Source: Thermoplasmata archaeon
GTDB lineage: Archaea > Thermoplasmatota > Thermoplasmata > UBA10834
NCBI GenBank assembly: GCA_035529455.1
Contig: DATKWQ010000040.1
Span: 34,071 to 98,070 of the forward strand
DNA: 64,000 nt
Reading direction: 5' to 3'
Shown here: piece by piece, positions 1 to 9,935 of the stretch
Numbering within the stretch: position 1 is the stretch's first letter
Layout of the letters: the number at the start of each line of letters is the position of its first letter
Program-made: the position numbers and the translations under genes
Notes under the pieces: generated by a model
Databases searched by the model: none
What the model saw: only the letters and a program-made list of their open reading frames with translations
Told to the model about the DNA's origin: nothing

Positions 1-239
1 CTCCGCAGCCGACGATCACCACCGGCGACTCCTTGAGGAACCCCGCGTAGCGCGCTTTCGACATGGCTTTCCTCTTCTCCAAATCCTTCACGACCACGAA
101 GTGCCAAGGTTGGTAGTTCATCGCCGAAGGAGAGATGCGGGCTGAATCCAGAATCCGTTCGAGCGAATCGTCGGAGACCGGCGCGTCTGCATACGCCCGC
201 ACCGATGTTCGAGCCTTCATCGCGTCGTAGACTTCCATG
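1..239 (-). CDS. Nitroreductase-family flavoprotein, N-terminal part (gene runs off the window start)
   Basis: Manual reverse translation from the ATG at 239 gives MEVYDAMKARTSVRAYADAPVSDDSLERILDSARISPSAMNYQPWHFVVVKD...ESPVVIVGCG. The RxSxRxY and QPW motifs are typical of nitroreductases. Not in the ORF track because it is partial. Confidence 0.55.
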
Positions 240-353
240 TCATATTCACCCTTGCCGTCCACGCAATCGATGTGACGACTATTAATCCTTCACGTCTGAT
301 GCCGCTTCGGTCCTTGCAGCCGCCTGCACAAGCTCTCCTGCAGATGTGTCGAT

Positions 354-1301
354 CTATCTCTGGCGCAGCTTGGGGTTCAGGACCTCGTCCATCGCATATC
401 CGATGAATGTGAAACCAAGAACGACGAAGACGATGCACAGTCCTGGCATGATTATGAACGCGTAAGGTCCGTTGAGCGCTGCGCTCTGTTGATACGCATC
501 TGAGAGGATGTTCCCCCACGTTTCCACGTTGGAAGGTCCTAGTCGGAGAAAGCTCAGAGTCGCCTCAGACAGAATGCATATTGCGATTGTCAATATGGCG
601 TTCGCGAACACGAGCGGCACAACGTTCGGGAATATGTGCTTCATGATGATGTGTCCGTCGCCAGCACCGATCGCCTTCGCTCTCTCGACGAACTGTCTCT
701 CCTTGAGCGACAGCACCTGAGCTCTCACTATCCTCGCGGTCCCTGACCATCCGGTGATTCCTATGACGATGATGATCGTTCCGAGGCTGCGTGAGTTCAA
801 CACAGCGGCCAACACTATCATCAGGACGAGCCATGGGATCGAGAGGAACATGTCATTGAACCTCATGATCACCTCGTCTTTCCACCCGCCTACGTATCCT
901 GATGCCAAGCCCACAACCGTCCCTAATATCATGGATATGCCCATTGCGGCGAACCCAACGATAAGGGATGGCTCGGTTCCCTCGGCAGCTCTCGTGAGAA
1001 CATCCCTTCCCATGTTGTCGGTTCCAAACGGATGTTCCCAGCTCATATCCAGAAGGCCCTCGTAGATGCCCGTCTCGAACCGGTCGTACTCGATGAAGAG
1101 TCTTGCGTATATTGCGACGAAGATGAAGAAGAAGATAATGACTAGACCAACCTTTCCCATCCAGGTCTCGAGGAATCGGTCCGTCGTCCTGCCGATGCTC
1201 CTAGCGGTCAAGCCCAGCCTGTCCGCCAAGACAGGGTTACGTCGGAACGCCTTCCTGGTCATTTTGTCAAAGGTCGCTTCGAACTTGACCATCATCATCA
1301 C
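354..1301 (-). CDS. Peptide/nickel ABC transporter permease (DppC/OppC-like)
   Basis: 315 aa, multi-TM, with the EAA-like loop typical of OppC/DppC family permeases. Contiguous with the upstream permease and the SBP on the same strand. Confidence 0.85.
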   Translation of the reverse strand: MMMMVKFEATFDKMTRKAFRRNPVLADRLGLTARSIGRTTDRFLETWMGKVGLVIIFFFIFVAIYARLFIEYDRFETGIYEGLLDMSWEHPFGTDNMGRDVLTRAAEGTEPSLIVGFAAMGISMILGTVVGLASGYVGGWKDEVIMRFNDMFLSIPWLVLMIVLAAVLNSRSLGTIIIVIGITGWSGTARIVRAQVLSLKERQFVERAKAIGAGDGHIIMKHIFPNVVPLVFANAILTIAICILSEATLSFLRLGPSNVETWGNILSDAYQQSAALNGPYAFIIMPGLCIVFVVLGFTFIGYAMDEVLNPKLRQR

Positions 1302-2264
1302 CTACGTGATCTGGACCCTCGGGTCCAACTTCACCAACAACAAGTCCGCGATCAGATTGGCCACAACGACGGCGACCCCGCCGATCAAGAATATGAACTG
1401 GCACATCGGGTAATCGCTGTTCCAGATCGCCATGATCGTATACCATCCGATGCCTTTGTAACTGAATATGATCTCCACCTGGAACGCTCCACCAAAGATG
1501 AACGCGACATCCATTGCCAGGGTGGTGACGATTGGCAGCCTTGCATTTGGCCCTGCGTGTCTCTTCATCACCTGCTTGCCACTCAGCCCTTTTGCGTAGC
1601 CTGTGAGTATGTAGTCCTCCGTAAGGACATCCACCAGCGAATTCCGCATGATCAGAATCACACCTGCGACTCCTCCGATGGTCATGACTGCGACCGGGAG
1701 CGCCATGTGATGTAGTATGTCCAAGACTTTATCCAGGGTCAGCGGGAATGGTGTCGTTCCCGGAGTCATCCTGAAGGCCACTGGGAACCATGACAGGTTT
1801 CCAGCGAACATGATCAGAAGAACTATGGCAAACCAGAACACAGGCATGCCGTAGAAGAATATACCGAAGCCTGTTATTGAGATGTCGGCTGCCTTCCCTC
1901 TTCTCAATGCGGCCGTTTTACCTAATGCCATGCCGATTATGAAGACCAGGATCGTGCTCGTTCCCACAAGTAGGATTGTCCAACCGATGGCTGCTTTCGT
2001 GACTTCCAGCACTGGCATCCTATACTCGTATGATGTCCCCCATTCTCCAAGGAATGTGTTTATCATGTAGCCGATGTACTGCTCGGGAAGCGAATCGTTC
2101 AATCCCATTGTCTCGACGTTCCTCCAGTACACGGCCTCTGTGGTCTGGGGGTCCCTGTTCATCATCAACAGGGCGGGATCCGATGGAACCATCCGGAAGA
2201 GCACGAAGTTCAGACTCATTATGAGCAAAATCGTGATGCCTGCATTGAAAATGCGCTTGAGCAA
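1302..2264 (-). CDS. Peptide/nickel ABC transporter permease (DppB/OppB-like)
   Basis: 320 aa. The N-terminus MLKRIFNAGITILLIMSLNFVLFRMVPSDP is typical of OppB/DppB. Six TM segments. Abuts the stop/start of the OppC-like gene. Confidence 0.85.
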   Translation of the reverse strand: MLKRIFNAGITILLIMSLNFVLFRMVPSDPALLMMNRDPQTTEAVYWRNVETMGLNDSLPEQYIGYMINTFLGEWGTSYEYRMPVLEVTKAAIGWTILLVGTSTILVFIIGMALGKTAALRRGKAADISITGFGIFFYGMPVFWFAIVLLIMFAGNLSWFPVAFRMTPGTTPFPLTLDKVLDILHHMALPVAVMTIGGVAGVILIMRNSLVDVLTEDYILTGYAKGLSGKQVMKRHAGPNARLPIVTTLAMDVAFIFGGAFQVEIIFSYKGIGWYTIMAIWNSDYPMCQFIFLIGGVAVVVANLIADLLLVKLDPRVQIT

Positions 2265-2426
2265 GACCCTTCTGAAGTTCCTAGCCAGCTGTCATACTCC
2301 CCTTGCGTCTCATTGTTCTCCCCTTGAGAACGTCTCCCCGAAGTGGCTGCGCATATTCTCTTTCCGCGGCCGATCTGTGGCAAACAACTGAAAGGGTTTA
2401 GTGGTTTGTGTTCGAGATGCCTGTAT

Positions 2427-5400
2427 CTACTCGGGTGGCGCCGCTGGCTCCTCCACTTCTGGCGGGGCCATGCCTTCCATCTCGTCCATGCCGGCAGCCG
2501 AAGAATCGCCCTTGTCCTTCCTGTGTCTCAGCAACAGTGCGACCGCCGCGACGGCTAGCACGAGCCCAAGGCCAATCCCCAGCAGCAACATGCTGCTGAT
2601 GCCATCCTTGGTCTTTGTGACCGTGACTTCGGTGGACAGAGATGACCAAGTCATGTCGGAGTGGTCCTTGTCATCCTTGACGACCACGACGGCTTCGTAC
2701 GGTGTAATACTGCCCGCTTCGTATGCGTGGCTGAAAGTCACCGTGGTGTTCGTCTGTGGGGAAAGGTCCCTCTGGATGACCTGCGGGTCGGAGCCATCGC
2801 CGAAAGTCATCGTCACTGTGACATTGTCACCCTCTTTGTCCGCGATGGTTACGTTGAAGTATATCATCTCTCCGGGTGCGTAGGCGTCCCCGGCAGGGGC
2901 ACTCTTTCCAATCAGGCCGACGATGGTCGGTTTCCTGTTCGCATCCTGAACGCTGACATCCGCGGTCTCGCTGACGTTGTTGCCTCTCCCGTCATCCACG
3001 TATACGGTGAGCACGAACTCCCCGATCTGAGTGTAGGTGTGTGGTGCCCCAAAGTCCGAATCAGGGACACCTTCGGTCATAGCGGTGTCGTCTCCCCAAT
3101 CGTACCACACGCTCAACGGGTCACCATCTGGGTCATAGATACTCACAGGTTTGACCGTCTTCGACTGGTTGTAGTAGAACGTGTAAGTGTCTGCCAAGGT
3201 GAACGACGGTGGCTCGTTGGCGACGATGAGGACGTCCCTTGTCGCAGAGACATTGGTCGTGCCATCATACACATGAGCCGTGACGATGTAGGTGCCTTCT
3301 TCGACATATGTATGGGAGAATTCGGCGTACTGCATCTCTGTGGTGTCTCCGGTGGTTTCGAGAGTCTCGTCGTCCTCGTCATCTCCGAAATCCAACGTGA
3401 TTGTCAGCTCATTCTCGTTGGCGTCAGATGCGCCGACCATCAGTATGACGGGGACGTCGACAGCCCCTGGGCTCGGGCTCTGCCATATCGTGATGGACCC
3501 TGGTGGAGCGTCGGAACCTGGGGCCAGAATGGTCGCGGAAACAGCATCGGATGATACGTTGTTGCCTTCACCATCGTCGACCCACACGATTACATCGTAT
3601 GTTCCGGCCGAGTCCCAGGTATGAGTTGTGGTGGATGCCACCTCCGCTGCACGATCCATGGCCGTATCGTGCTCTGTCACGCTATATGTACCATCTCCCC
3701 AATCCCAAGTGAACTTCAGGACGTCCGGGTCCTGGTCGCTCGCTATCGCTTCACACGTGACCGCCTGGCCCTGCAAGCCGGAAATATCCGAAACCATGAT
3801 GATCACAGGCTCTGTGTTCCCAAAGACCTCGAACTCTGAGATTGTGGCAGAGACGTTGTGGTATTGGTTGGTTTCCACGTCATAGCCGTCCCAGACTGAC
3901 AATTCAACCTCGTATGTGCCGGGGGCATCCCAGACGTGCGTCTGCTCGTCTGTCACAAGAGTATCGTTCGCCACGGGCTTGTAGGGGGTGGTTGTAGACG
4001 CGCCATCATCCCAATCCCATGTGAACAGCAGACCTTCACCATCTGGGCCCTGTTCATGATCCATCGCCTCGGCAGACCAAGTCGCCTCCTCGCCGACGTA
4101 CACCCTGTACGGCTGCCAGGTCATGCTTTCGATCTCCGGGCCAAGGTTCGCCTCGGAAACAACATTGATGGTCGACAACTTCACAGTTTCATAGTCGTGA
4201 TTGTCGTCCTTCAATCCCACTCTGAGAGTGTACGTGCCGACTGTGTCGAAAGTCTGTTGCCACTCCTTGGTCTGTGGGATGGTGGTATCTCCATCGGCAT
4301 ATTGGATGAGTGCGGCGACTTCGACTGAGTCCGCATCTGTAATCGACCAGTTCACTGTGATCTCGTCGCCGTCAGCGTCCTTGACGCTTATGACGAACGT
4401 CACTTCCTCGCCCACCTCCGGTTCATAGATGGGCTGCGGTGGTGAGTCGAAAGCCGGCGCGGAACCGCTGCCTGTGGGCTCGAGGTCATACCAGAGCCAA
4501 AGCATGTCCGAGATGATGGATCTCGCGACGTGCTGCTCCCAGTTGCCCCATCCTGTGAATCTCGCGTTTGTGAACGCATAGAGTCCGTTCGGGTGCAGCG
4601 GCGGGAATTCCGTGTACGTGTCGTATATCGCCTGCTGCAGCCAGTCGACAAGCACCTTCCTTTCATCCTTGTCTGTCGTCTTCAGAGCTTGGTCGAACTT
4701 TTCGTCGAATTCGCATCGGGCAACGCCCTCATCCTCGTCGGCCCACCACCATCCGTCGGGTTCGTCGAGGCCGCCGGGGCATATCGGACCGACGCAGTTG
4801 TATCCACCCACCCTGACCTGGTCGGTCAGCCAGCAGGCGAGGTTGGACAGAGGCTCCGGTCCCCAGTACCATGACCAAACCCAGAGGTCGTAGTTGCAGT
4901 TGTACCACTCATCGTTGGTCATGATCCCTTCGGACAACGCGTCATACAAGAACTCTATGCCTGCCTGTTTCGCCATTGAAACCCATGCCGACCCAACATA
5001 TCCATAGCCTGGGTCTGAATCAGGCACATGCACGTCGAACGTAAGGCGTTCGCCAACTTCAACTTCATCAGGATACATCTGGACTGGCATGCAGTTTGCC
5101 GTGGTCACAAGGTAATTACTATCATCAGGATCAGGCGCATAGCCGTTATCGAGGAGCAGCTGCTTTGCCGCTGCAGGGTCGTACGGGAGCGGGTTCTCCA
5201 GGTCCGCATGCCAGAAGCCCTGGCTGAGAACCGAGTCAGCAGCCTCAGGTAGCCCCATGAAGTACGTGTCTATGATTGTCTGTCTGTCCAGCGTCATCCC
5301 GATTGCCTGCCTGACGACCGGGTCAAGCAGTTTGTAGTCTCCGTCGTCAGCGTAATTCAGTGCATCCCTGATTTCAGGGGGGATGGCGTTTATCGCGATG

Positions 5401-6368
5401 TCGTATATGCCCAACTCTGTGGTCACCTGCTTGGTGATTGACACATCTGCGGTATCGTCGGCTATCTTAGTCCATGCGCTTTCCGATGCACCTGTGACAT
5501 CGACGACATCGACTGCGCCAGCATTTATCTCAAGGGCTATCGTGTCTATGTTCGTGTACACGCGATATCGAATTCCAGCGAAGTCGATGTCTCTCTCCTC
5601 GTCGTAGTCCGCTTCAGCGTGGTAGTTGGGCGCCTTCACGAAGTCGTACCATGTCCCTTTGTCGTACTCGCCGACATAGAACGGTCCGCTGCCGATGAGG
5701 AAGTCGGGGTCCATCCTGCCTAGGATGCCGCCTCCCTTGATCTCAGACCACTGGTACTCGGGGACTATCGGGACCCAGATGAGGTCATCGATAAGCGTGG
5801 CCTTTGTGTACTCGGTGTCGATTCTGACCTGATATGGGCTGTCCGTCCTGGACGCGTCCCATCGCGCACCGTTGTCCGTGACGTTCACTCCTGACACGTT
5901 GTACAGATAGTAGTCCCATGCGTTCCCAGGATTGGCCATTATCATCTCGAAAGTGTACTCGACATCGAAAGCGGTCAGCGGATGAGTGGTGTCCGTTGGG
6001 TTCTCCGCGTTTCTGAAGTAGGCGTTCTCTGTGATGTTGATGAAAGTGCTCATATTGCCCGCTGGCCAATTCACCTGGTAGTAGTCCATCGCAAGGTGGT
6101 TCTCAATCACGTTCCAATCCTCGTCGTACTGGAACAGCGTGCTGAAGACCAGGTTGTACGCAACCCAATCAGACACCATCTCCACCAAGAGTGGATTCCA
6201 GTTCTTGAAATCCGAAAGCCAGCCCACCTGCACGTACTCTTCTCCCTCAGCGGCGGCTTCCTCGATGAGCGGCTCATCAGAGCCTATGTTCGGTATGGCC
6301 GATACGGCCATGACTGCTATCAGAAAAACAGCTAGCGCTCTTGTCCCACTGGTAACTCTGTTCCCCAT
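2427..6368 (-). CDS. Giant surface-anchored ABC substrate-binding protein: family-5 (peptide/Ni) SBP domain, then 5 or more PKD-like repeats, a C-terminal TM helix and an acidic proline-rich tail
   Basis: 1313 aa. N-terminal signal/TM. Roughly the first 550 aa look like a family-5 SBP. Repeated FTWDWDDG, FTWDWGDGTY, LDFGDDEDDE, YDWGDDTAMTEG and MTFGDGSDPQ motifs are PKD-domain signatures. C-terminus is LGIGLGLVLAVAAVALLLRHRKDKGD...APPEVEEPAAPPE (TM, then basic, then acidic/Pro tail). Confidence 0.8.
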   Translation of the reverse strand: MGNRVTSGTRALAVFLIAVMAVSAIPNIGSDEPLIEEAAAEGEEYVQVGWLSDFKNWNPLLVEMVSDWVAYNLVFSTLFQYDEDWNVIENHLAMDYYQVNWPAGNMSTFINITENAYFRNAENPTDTTHPLTAFDVEYTFEMIMANPGNAWDYYLYNVSGVNVTDNGARWDASRTDSPYQVRIDTEYTKATLIDDLIWVPIVPEYQWSEIKGGGILGRMDPDFLIGSGPFYVGEYDKGTWYDFVKAPNYHAEADYDEERDIDFAGIRYRVYTNIDTIALEINAGAVDVVDVTGASESAWTKIADDTADVSITKQVTTELGIYDIAINAIPPEIRDALNYADDGDYKLLDPVVRQAIGMTLDRQTIIDTYFMGLPEAADSVLSQGFWHADLENPLPYDPAAAKQLLLDNGYAPDPDDSNYLVTTANCMPVQMYPDEVEVGERLTFDVHVPDSDPGYGYVGSAWVSMAKQAGIEFLYDALSEGIMTNDEWYNCNYDLWVWSWYWGPEPLSNLACWLTDQVRVGGYNCVGPICPGGLDEPDGWWWADEDEGVARCEFDEKFDQALKTTDKDERKVLVDWLQQAIYDTYTEFPPLHPNGLYAFTNARFTGWGNWEQHVARSIISDMLWLWYDLEPTGSGSAPAFDSPPQPIYEPEVGEEVTFVISVKDADGDEITVNWSITDADSVEVAALIQYADGDTTIPQTKEWQQTFDTVGTYTLRVGLKDDNHDYETVKLSTINVVSEANLGPEIESMTWQPYRVYVGEEATWSAEAMDHEQGPDGEGLLFTWDWDDGASTTTPYKPVANDTLVTDEQTHVWDAPGTYEVELSVWDGYDVETNQYHNVSATISEFEVFGNTEPVIIMVSDISGLQGQAVTCEAIASDQDPDVLKFTWDWGDGTYSVTEHDTAMDRAAEVASTTTHTWDSAGTYDVIVWVDDGEGNNVSSDAVSATILAPGSDAPPGSITIWQSPSPGAVDVPVILMVGASDANENELTITLDFGDDEDDETLETTGDTTEMQYAEFSHTYVEEGTYIVTAHVYDGTTNVSATRDVLIVANEPPSFTLADTYTFYYNQSKTVKPVSIYDPDGDPLSVWYDWGDDTAMTEGVPDSDFGAPHTYTQIGEFVLTVYVDDGRGNNVSETADVSVQDANRKPTIVGLIGKSAPAGDAYAPGEMIYFNVTIADKEGDNVTVTMTFGDGSDPQVIQRDLSPQTNTTVTFSHAYEAGSITPYEAVVVVKDDKDHSDMTWSSLSTEVTVTKTKDGISSMLLLGIGLGLVLAVAAVALLLRHRKDKGDSSAAGMDEMEGMAPPEVEEPAAPPE

Positions 6369-6460
6369 TACCTTACCCCCCTGTGTTCGGGCCGGGCCTG
6401 ACTACAAGGCTCTCCTTGATGCCCAACCACGATTTGACGAAGCCGACATTGGGCGTATGC

Positions 6461-6468
6461 TATATAAA
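6461..6468 (-). promoter_or_regulatory. Candidate archaeal TATA box (TTTATATA on the minus strand) about 93 bp upstream of the SBP start codon
   Basis: Plus-strand sequence is gctatataaacc. The A/T-rich octamer stands out in a GC-rich intergenic region. No TSS data. Confidence 0.3.
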
Positions 6469-6591
6469 CCGTATGAATTTCGTGAGTGCCGAGGCGTTTC
6501 TGATTGAGTAGTGTCGAGCGTTCTGCACGATCATTCCGCCTATCTGGCCTGTCGAGTGGATGTCTGCGAGATATCGAACCGCCGCGACTGC

Positions 6592-8736
6592 TCAACCTCG
6601 ACGGAGCCGTTCTATCATGAATGCCAATCGGAGTGCATTGTACTCGATAGCCTCGTACCTTGCGGACGCACCGTGATGCCCTTGTGTCATGTTCGTTCGC
6701 AGCAGTATCATGCTGTCCCCCACGCCGCAGTCTCTGAGCCTCGCGACCCATTTGACAGGCTCCCAGAACGGCACTCTAGGATCGTTCATTCCCGATGTGA
6801 CCAGCATATCTGGGTACTCGACCGCTTCGACGTTCTCATAAGGCGAGTATGATTTGCAGTACGAGTAGACTTCGGGCTCGTTTATGTCCCCATATTCCTC
6901 GTACTCCCCTGTCACCAATGGTATGCTCTGGTCTATCATCGTGTGAACGACATCCACGAAGGGAACCTCAGCGACGACTGCGCTGAACAGCTCTGGTCTC
7001 ATCGTCGTGGCGGCCGCCACCAGGAGCCCTCCCGCACTCGCTCCGTTTATCGCCAACAGCTCGCTCGATGTGTACCCTTCGGCGATGAGATGCTCCGCAC
7101 ATCTTATGAAATCCGTGAAGCAGTTCTTCTTGTTCAGCATCCTGCCGTTGTCGTACCATGACTGCCCGTACTCTCCCCCTCCGCGTATGCCGGCGACGGC
7201 GTAGACGAACCCCCTCTCAAGGAGGCTCAGGATCCCAGTGTCGAACACGGGCGCAGAGCCTTCGAAGTCTCCGGCAGCGCCATACGCATAGAGCAGCAGC
7301 GGGTTCTTCCCGTTCTTTTCGATGCCATTCTTGTGCACGATGTTCACAGGCACCTTCGCGCCGTCGGCGACCGTCACGTGTACTCTCTCCACATGATAGT
7401 CTGAGCGGTCGTATCCCGGCACGTCATCCTCCTTCACGAGTCTGAGTGACCTGTTCTTCATGTCATACTCGTAGATACGTTTCGGTGTGAGCATCGATGT
7501 GTAGGCGAATCTCAGCACGCTCGTGTCCGTATCCGGATTCTCCATTGGCATGACGAATCTCAACTTCTCTGGCAGCTCTATCAAGTGAGACTCCTCACTA
7601 TTTCTGTCCAGGACCCTGATTGAGCAGATGCCGTCCTCTCTTTCGAACACAGCGATGTAATCAGCGAACACGTCGATCCAAGGATGTGGGTCGCTTACAT
7701 TGATGATGACGGAGTCTCGGTGAGGGAGCACATCCTCCCAGTTTTCAGGGCGAGATGTCAAGACGGGCGCCCGTACGATCTTGAAGTTGGGGGCGTCGTC
7801 GTTCGTGAGGATGTGGAAATCTCCTTTGTCGTGAAACGCATAGTAGCGAACACCCTTCTTCCTGCGCACGACGGGCTGGAATCTGCCGGTGTCGTCGTCA
7901 GCGCGGAGGAAGTTGACCTCTCCAGTCGTCAGTGTCTGAGCGGTCACGAAAAGGAACTCCTTGGACTTGCTCTTCGTCAAGGACATGTACTCGCAGCCGA
8001 GGTCTGGTTCTTCGTACACGGTTTCGTCCGCTTCTTGTTCCGTTCCGAGAACATGCCTCATTACCCTGTACGGTCTGTGCACGTCGTCATATAGAATGTA
8101 GTATGCCGTCTTGTTGCTGGAGCTCCACTCGAATCCGCCAGTCCCGGTTACCTTGTCCGGGAAGGGCCTCTGAGTCTCGATGTCGATGAATCCTACATCG
8201 TAGTATTCCGCACCAGACGTGTCATTTGAGTACGCAACGAGTCTCTGATCAGGGCTAATCTTGATGGATTCTATGCTGAAGAACTCGTGGCCTTTCGCGA
8301 GCTCGTTCTGGTCGAGCACCGTCTCCTCCTCGCCGTCGTCGCCTTTCCGTCTGCAGTAGATAGGATACGGCTTTCCCTTTGTCGTCCTGTGATAGTACTG
8401 AAATCCGTCCATGGAGACGGGAGGCTCCGAATCCTCTTCCGTCGTCCTTCCTAGCAGCTCATCGTACAATTCCTTCCGGAGCCCCTCCATTGTTCGGACG
8501 ACCGTGTCCGTATGCTCATTCTCCGCGTTGATGTACTCCATGGTGTCGGGGTCGGACCTGTCTCTTATCCAGTGATATTCGTCGGATAGCGAGTCCCCAT
8601 GAATGACGACCTCTTTCGGCTTCTTCTTCGCCTTGGGTGGCTGCGACCGGTCGAGATGTTGAGACATGATGAGGTTGATGACGACTTCGTCCAAAAAGGT
8701 ATGCAGGGAAGGACAAGTGGGGTTGTGCGAATCCAC
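6592..8736 (-). CDS. S9-family serine peptidase (oligopeptidase B / prolyl oligopeptidase-like)
   Basis: 714 aa. N-terminal beta-propeller-like region, C-terminal alpha/beta-hydrolase with GASAGG (GxSxGG nucleophile elbow). Motifs match PtrB/POP. The true start may instead be the internal Met at about 8667. Confidence 0.75.
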   Translation of the reverse strand: MDSHNPTCPSLHTFLDEVVINLIMSQHLDRSQPPKAKKKPKEVVIHGDSLSDEYHWIRDRSDPDTMEYINAENEHTDTVVRTMEGLRKELYDELLGRTTEEDSEPPVSMDGFQYYHRTTKGKPYPIYCRRKGDDGEEETVLDQNELAKGHEFFSIESIKISPDQRLVAYSNDTSGAEYYDVGFIDIETQRPFPDKVTGTGGFEWSSSNKTAYYILYDDVHRPYRVMRHVLGTEQEADETVYEEPDLGCEYMSLTKSKSKEFLFVTAQTLTTGEVNFLRADDDTGRFQPVVRRKKGVRYYAFHDKGDFHILTNDDAPNFKIVRAPVLTSRPENWEDVLPHRDSVIINVSDPHPWIDVFADYIAVFEREDGICSIRVLDRNSEESHLIELPEKLRFVMPMENPDTDTSVLRFAYTSMLTPKRIYEYDMKNRSLRLVKEDDVPGYDRSDYHVERVHVTVADGAKVPVNIVHKNGIEKNGKNPLLLYAYGAAGDFEGSAPVFDTGILSLLERGFVYAVAGIRGGGEYGQSWYDNGRMLNKKNCFTDFIRCAEHLIAEGYTSSELLAINGASAGGLLVAAATTMRPELFSAVVAEVPFVDVVHTMIDQSIPLVTGEYEEYGDINEPEVYSYCKSYSPYENVEAVEYPDMLVTSGMNDPRVPFWEPVKWVARLRDCGVGDSMILLRTNMTQGHHGASARYEAIEYNALRLAFMIERLRRG

Positions 8737-8825
8737 CTGATATCACCTGTCACTCGATCTATGAAATGCGAGCTCAAGGCAGAACTATCTAATACGCTAA
8801 CAGGATGGCGGGCCTAATCGGATAG

Positions 8826-9710
8826 ATGAATATGGTCGACTCGTCGATACTGCTCGCCCTCTGCTCGCTAGTCATCTACGGACTCACCCAAGTCATTGCG
8901 AAAGCAGCGGTGGGGTCCCTTGACTCGACCAGGATGGTCGCGCTCAACTTCCTCGTGTCGATTCCGATATATGTGTTCCTGTTCGTGTGCGCAGTCGTCA
9001 TCTGGGGTGGATATCTTGACAATCTCGAGTACGTGTTTTACGGTTTGATTGGCGCGTCCACGGCGCGAGGTGGGTACTACATCTACCTCGAGGCCCTCGA
9101 GAGGGGCGCGGTGAGCATGGTAGGGAGCATAACCGCGGCGTTCCCCGCGATCACGGCGGTGCTCGCGGTGACGATGCTCGGAGAGCGTCTTGGCGTGGTG
9201 AACAGTATTGGCATAACAATCATCATCTGCAGCATGATCGCCCTATCATTGTTGCAGGGCAGATCGGCGGAGAACGCGGGCCTCAGTCGGATATCGCTTG
9301 TCCTGAGCGTCGTGACGCTGCTGATATGGGGGTTTGGTGGCATATTCATCAAGATGGCACTCGACGGCCTTCCCTTGGTGGGCTACCTCGGGCTGTACGT
9401 CTTCGTTCTTCCCCCGATTGCGTTCGCCTTCCTCCGCCACAAGGGTGCTACCATGCGTGTATTGATACCGAGATGGACGATCCCTGTGATTGGGGCGATA
9501 GTCGTCGCGGAGCTGTGGCAGCTCGGTTATTTCGCGGAGACATCGGCCATATCAGTTGGTGCTGCGTCCGTCGTCTTCCCGCTCATCTCAGCCTACCCAA
9601 TCGTGACAATACTCGGCGCGCGAATCTTCCTGAAAGAGAGTCTCACAAGGCTTGAATGGACTGTCCTCATGACTGTGGTATTCGGGATAGTGCTCACCTC
9701 CATTGCGTGA
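8826..9710 (+). CDS. EamA/DMT-superfamily transporter
   Basis: 294 aa, about 10 TM helices in two repeated halves, typical of the DMT/EamA family. Confidence 0.65.
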   Translation: MNMVDSSILLALCSLVIYGLTQVIAKAAVGSLDSTRMVALNFLVSIPIYVFLFVCAVVIWGGYLDNLEYVFYGLIGASTARGGYYIYLEALERGAVSMVGSITAAFPAITAVLAVTMLGERLGVVNSIGITIIICSMIALSLLQGRSAENAGLSRISLVLSVVTLLIWGFGGIFIKMALDGLPLVGYLGLYVFVLPPIAFAFLRHKGATMRVLIPRWTIPVIGAIVVAELWQLGYFAETSAISVGAASVVFPLISAYPIVTILGARIFLKESLTRLEWTVLMTVVFGIVLTSIA

Positions 9711-9935
9711 ATGAGCGCCTCTCAGTATGCCCTTCACGCATGGCCTTCGATCCGAGCCAGATTGCGTCTACAAGAACGCACTTTCCGCAATCGTATCGTA
9801 ATGTCGAAAGCTGCACGAAATGTCGATTTATGGTCATAACGATAGAGACAAGTGATTTATCCCTTCGGCGCAATTCCGGGTCGAGCATCTTCGGTGCCCA
9901 AGGGCGCATCGAGGATTTCGGGGGGATATGAATTG

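Noticed and set aside
2661-3554. 297-aa plus-strand ORF (and many others at 3292..3624, 3936..4328 and so on) inside the SBP gene
   Set aside because: Antisense to a well-supported 1313-aa gene, with no motifs and low-complexity Arg/Gly/Val-rich composition typical of spurious ORFs in high-GC DNA.
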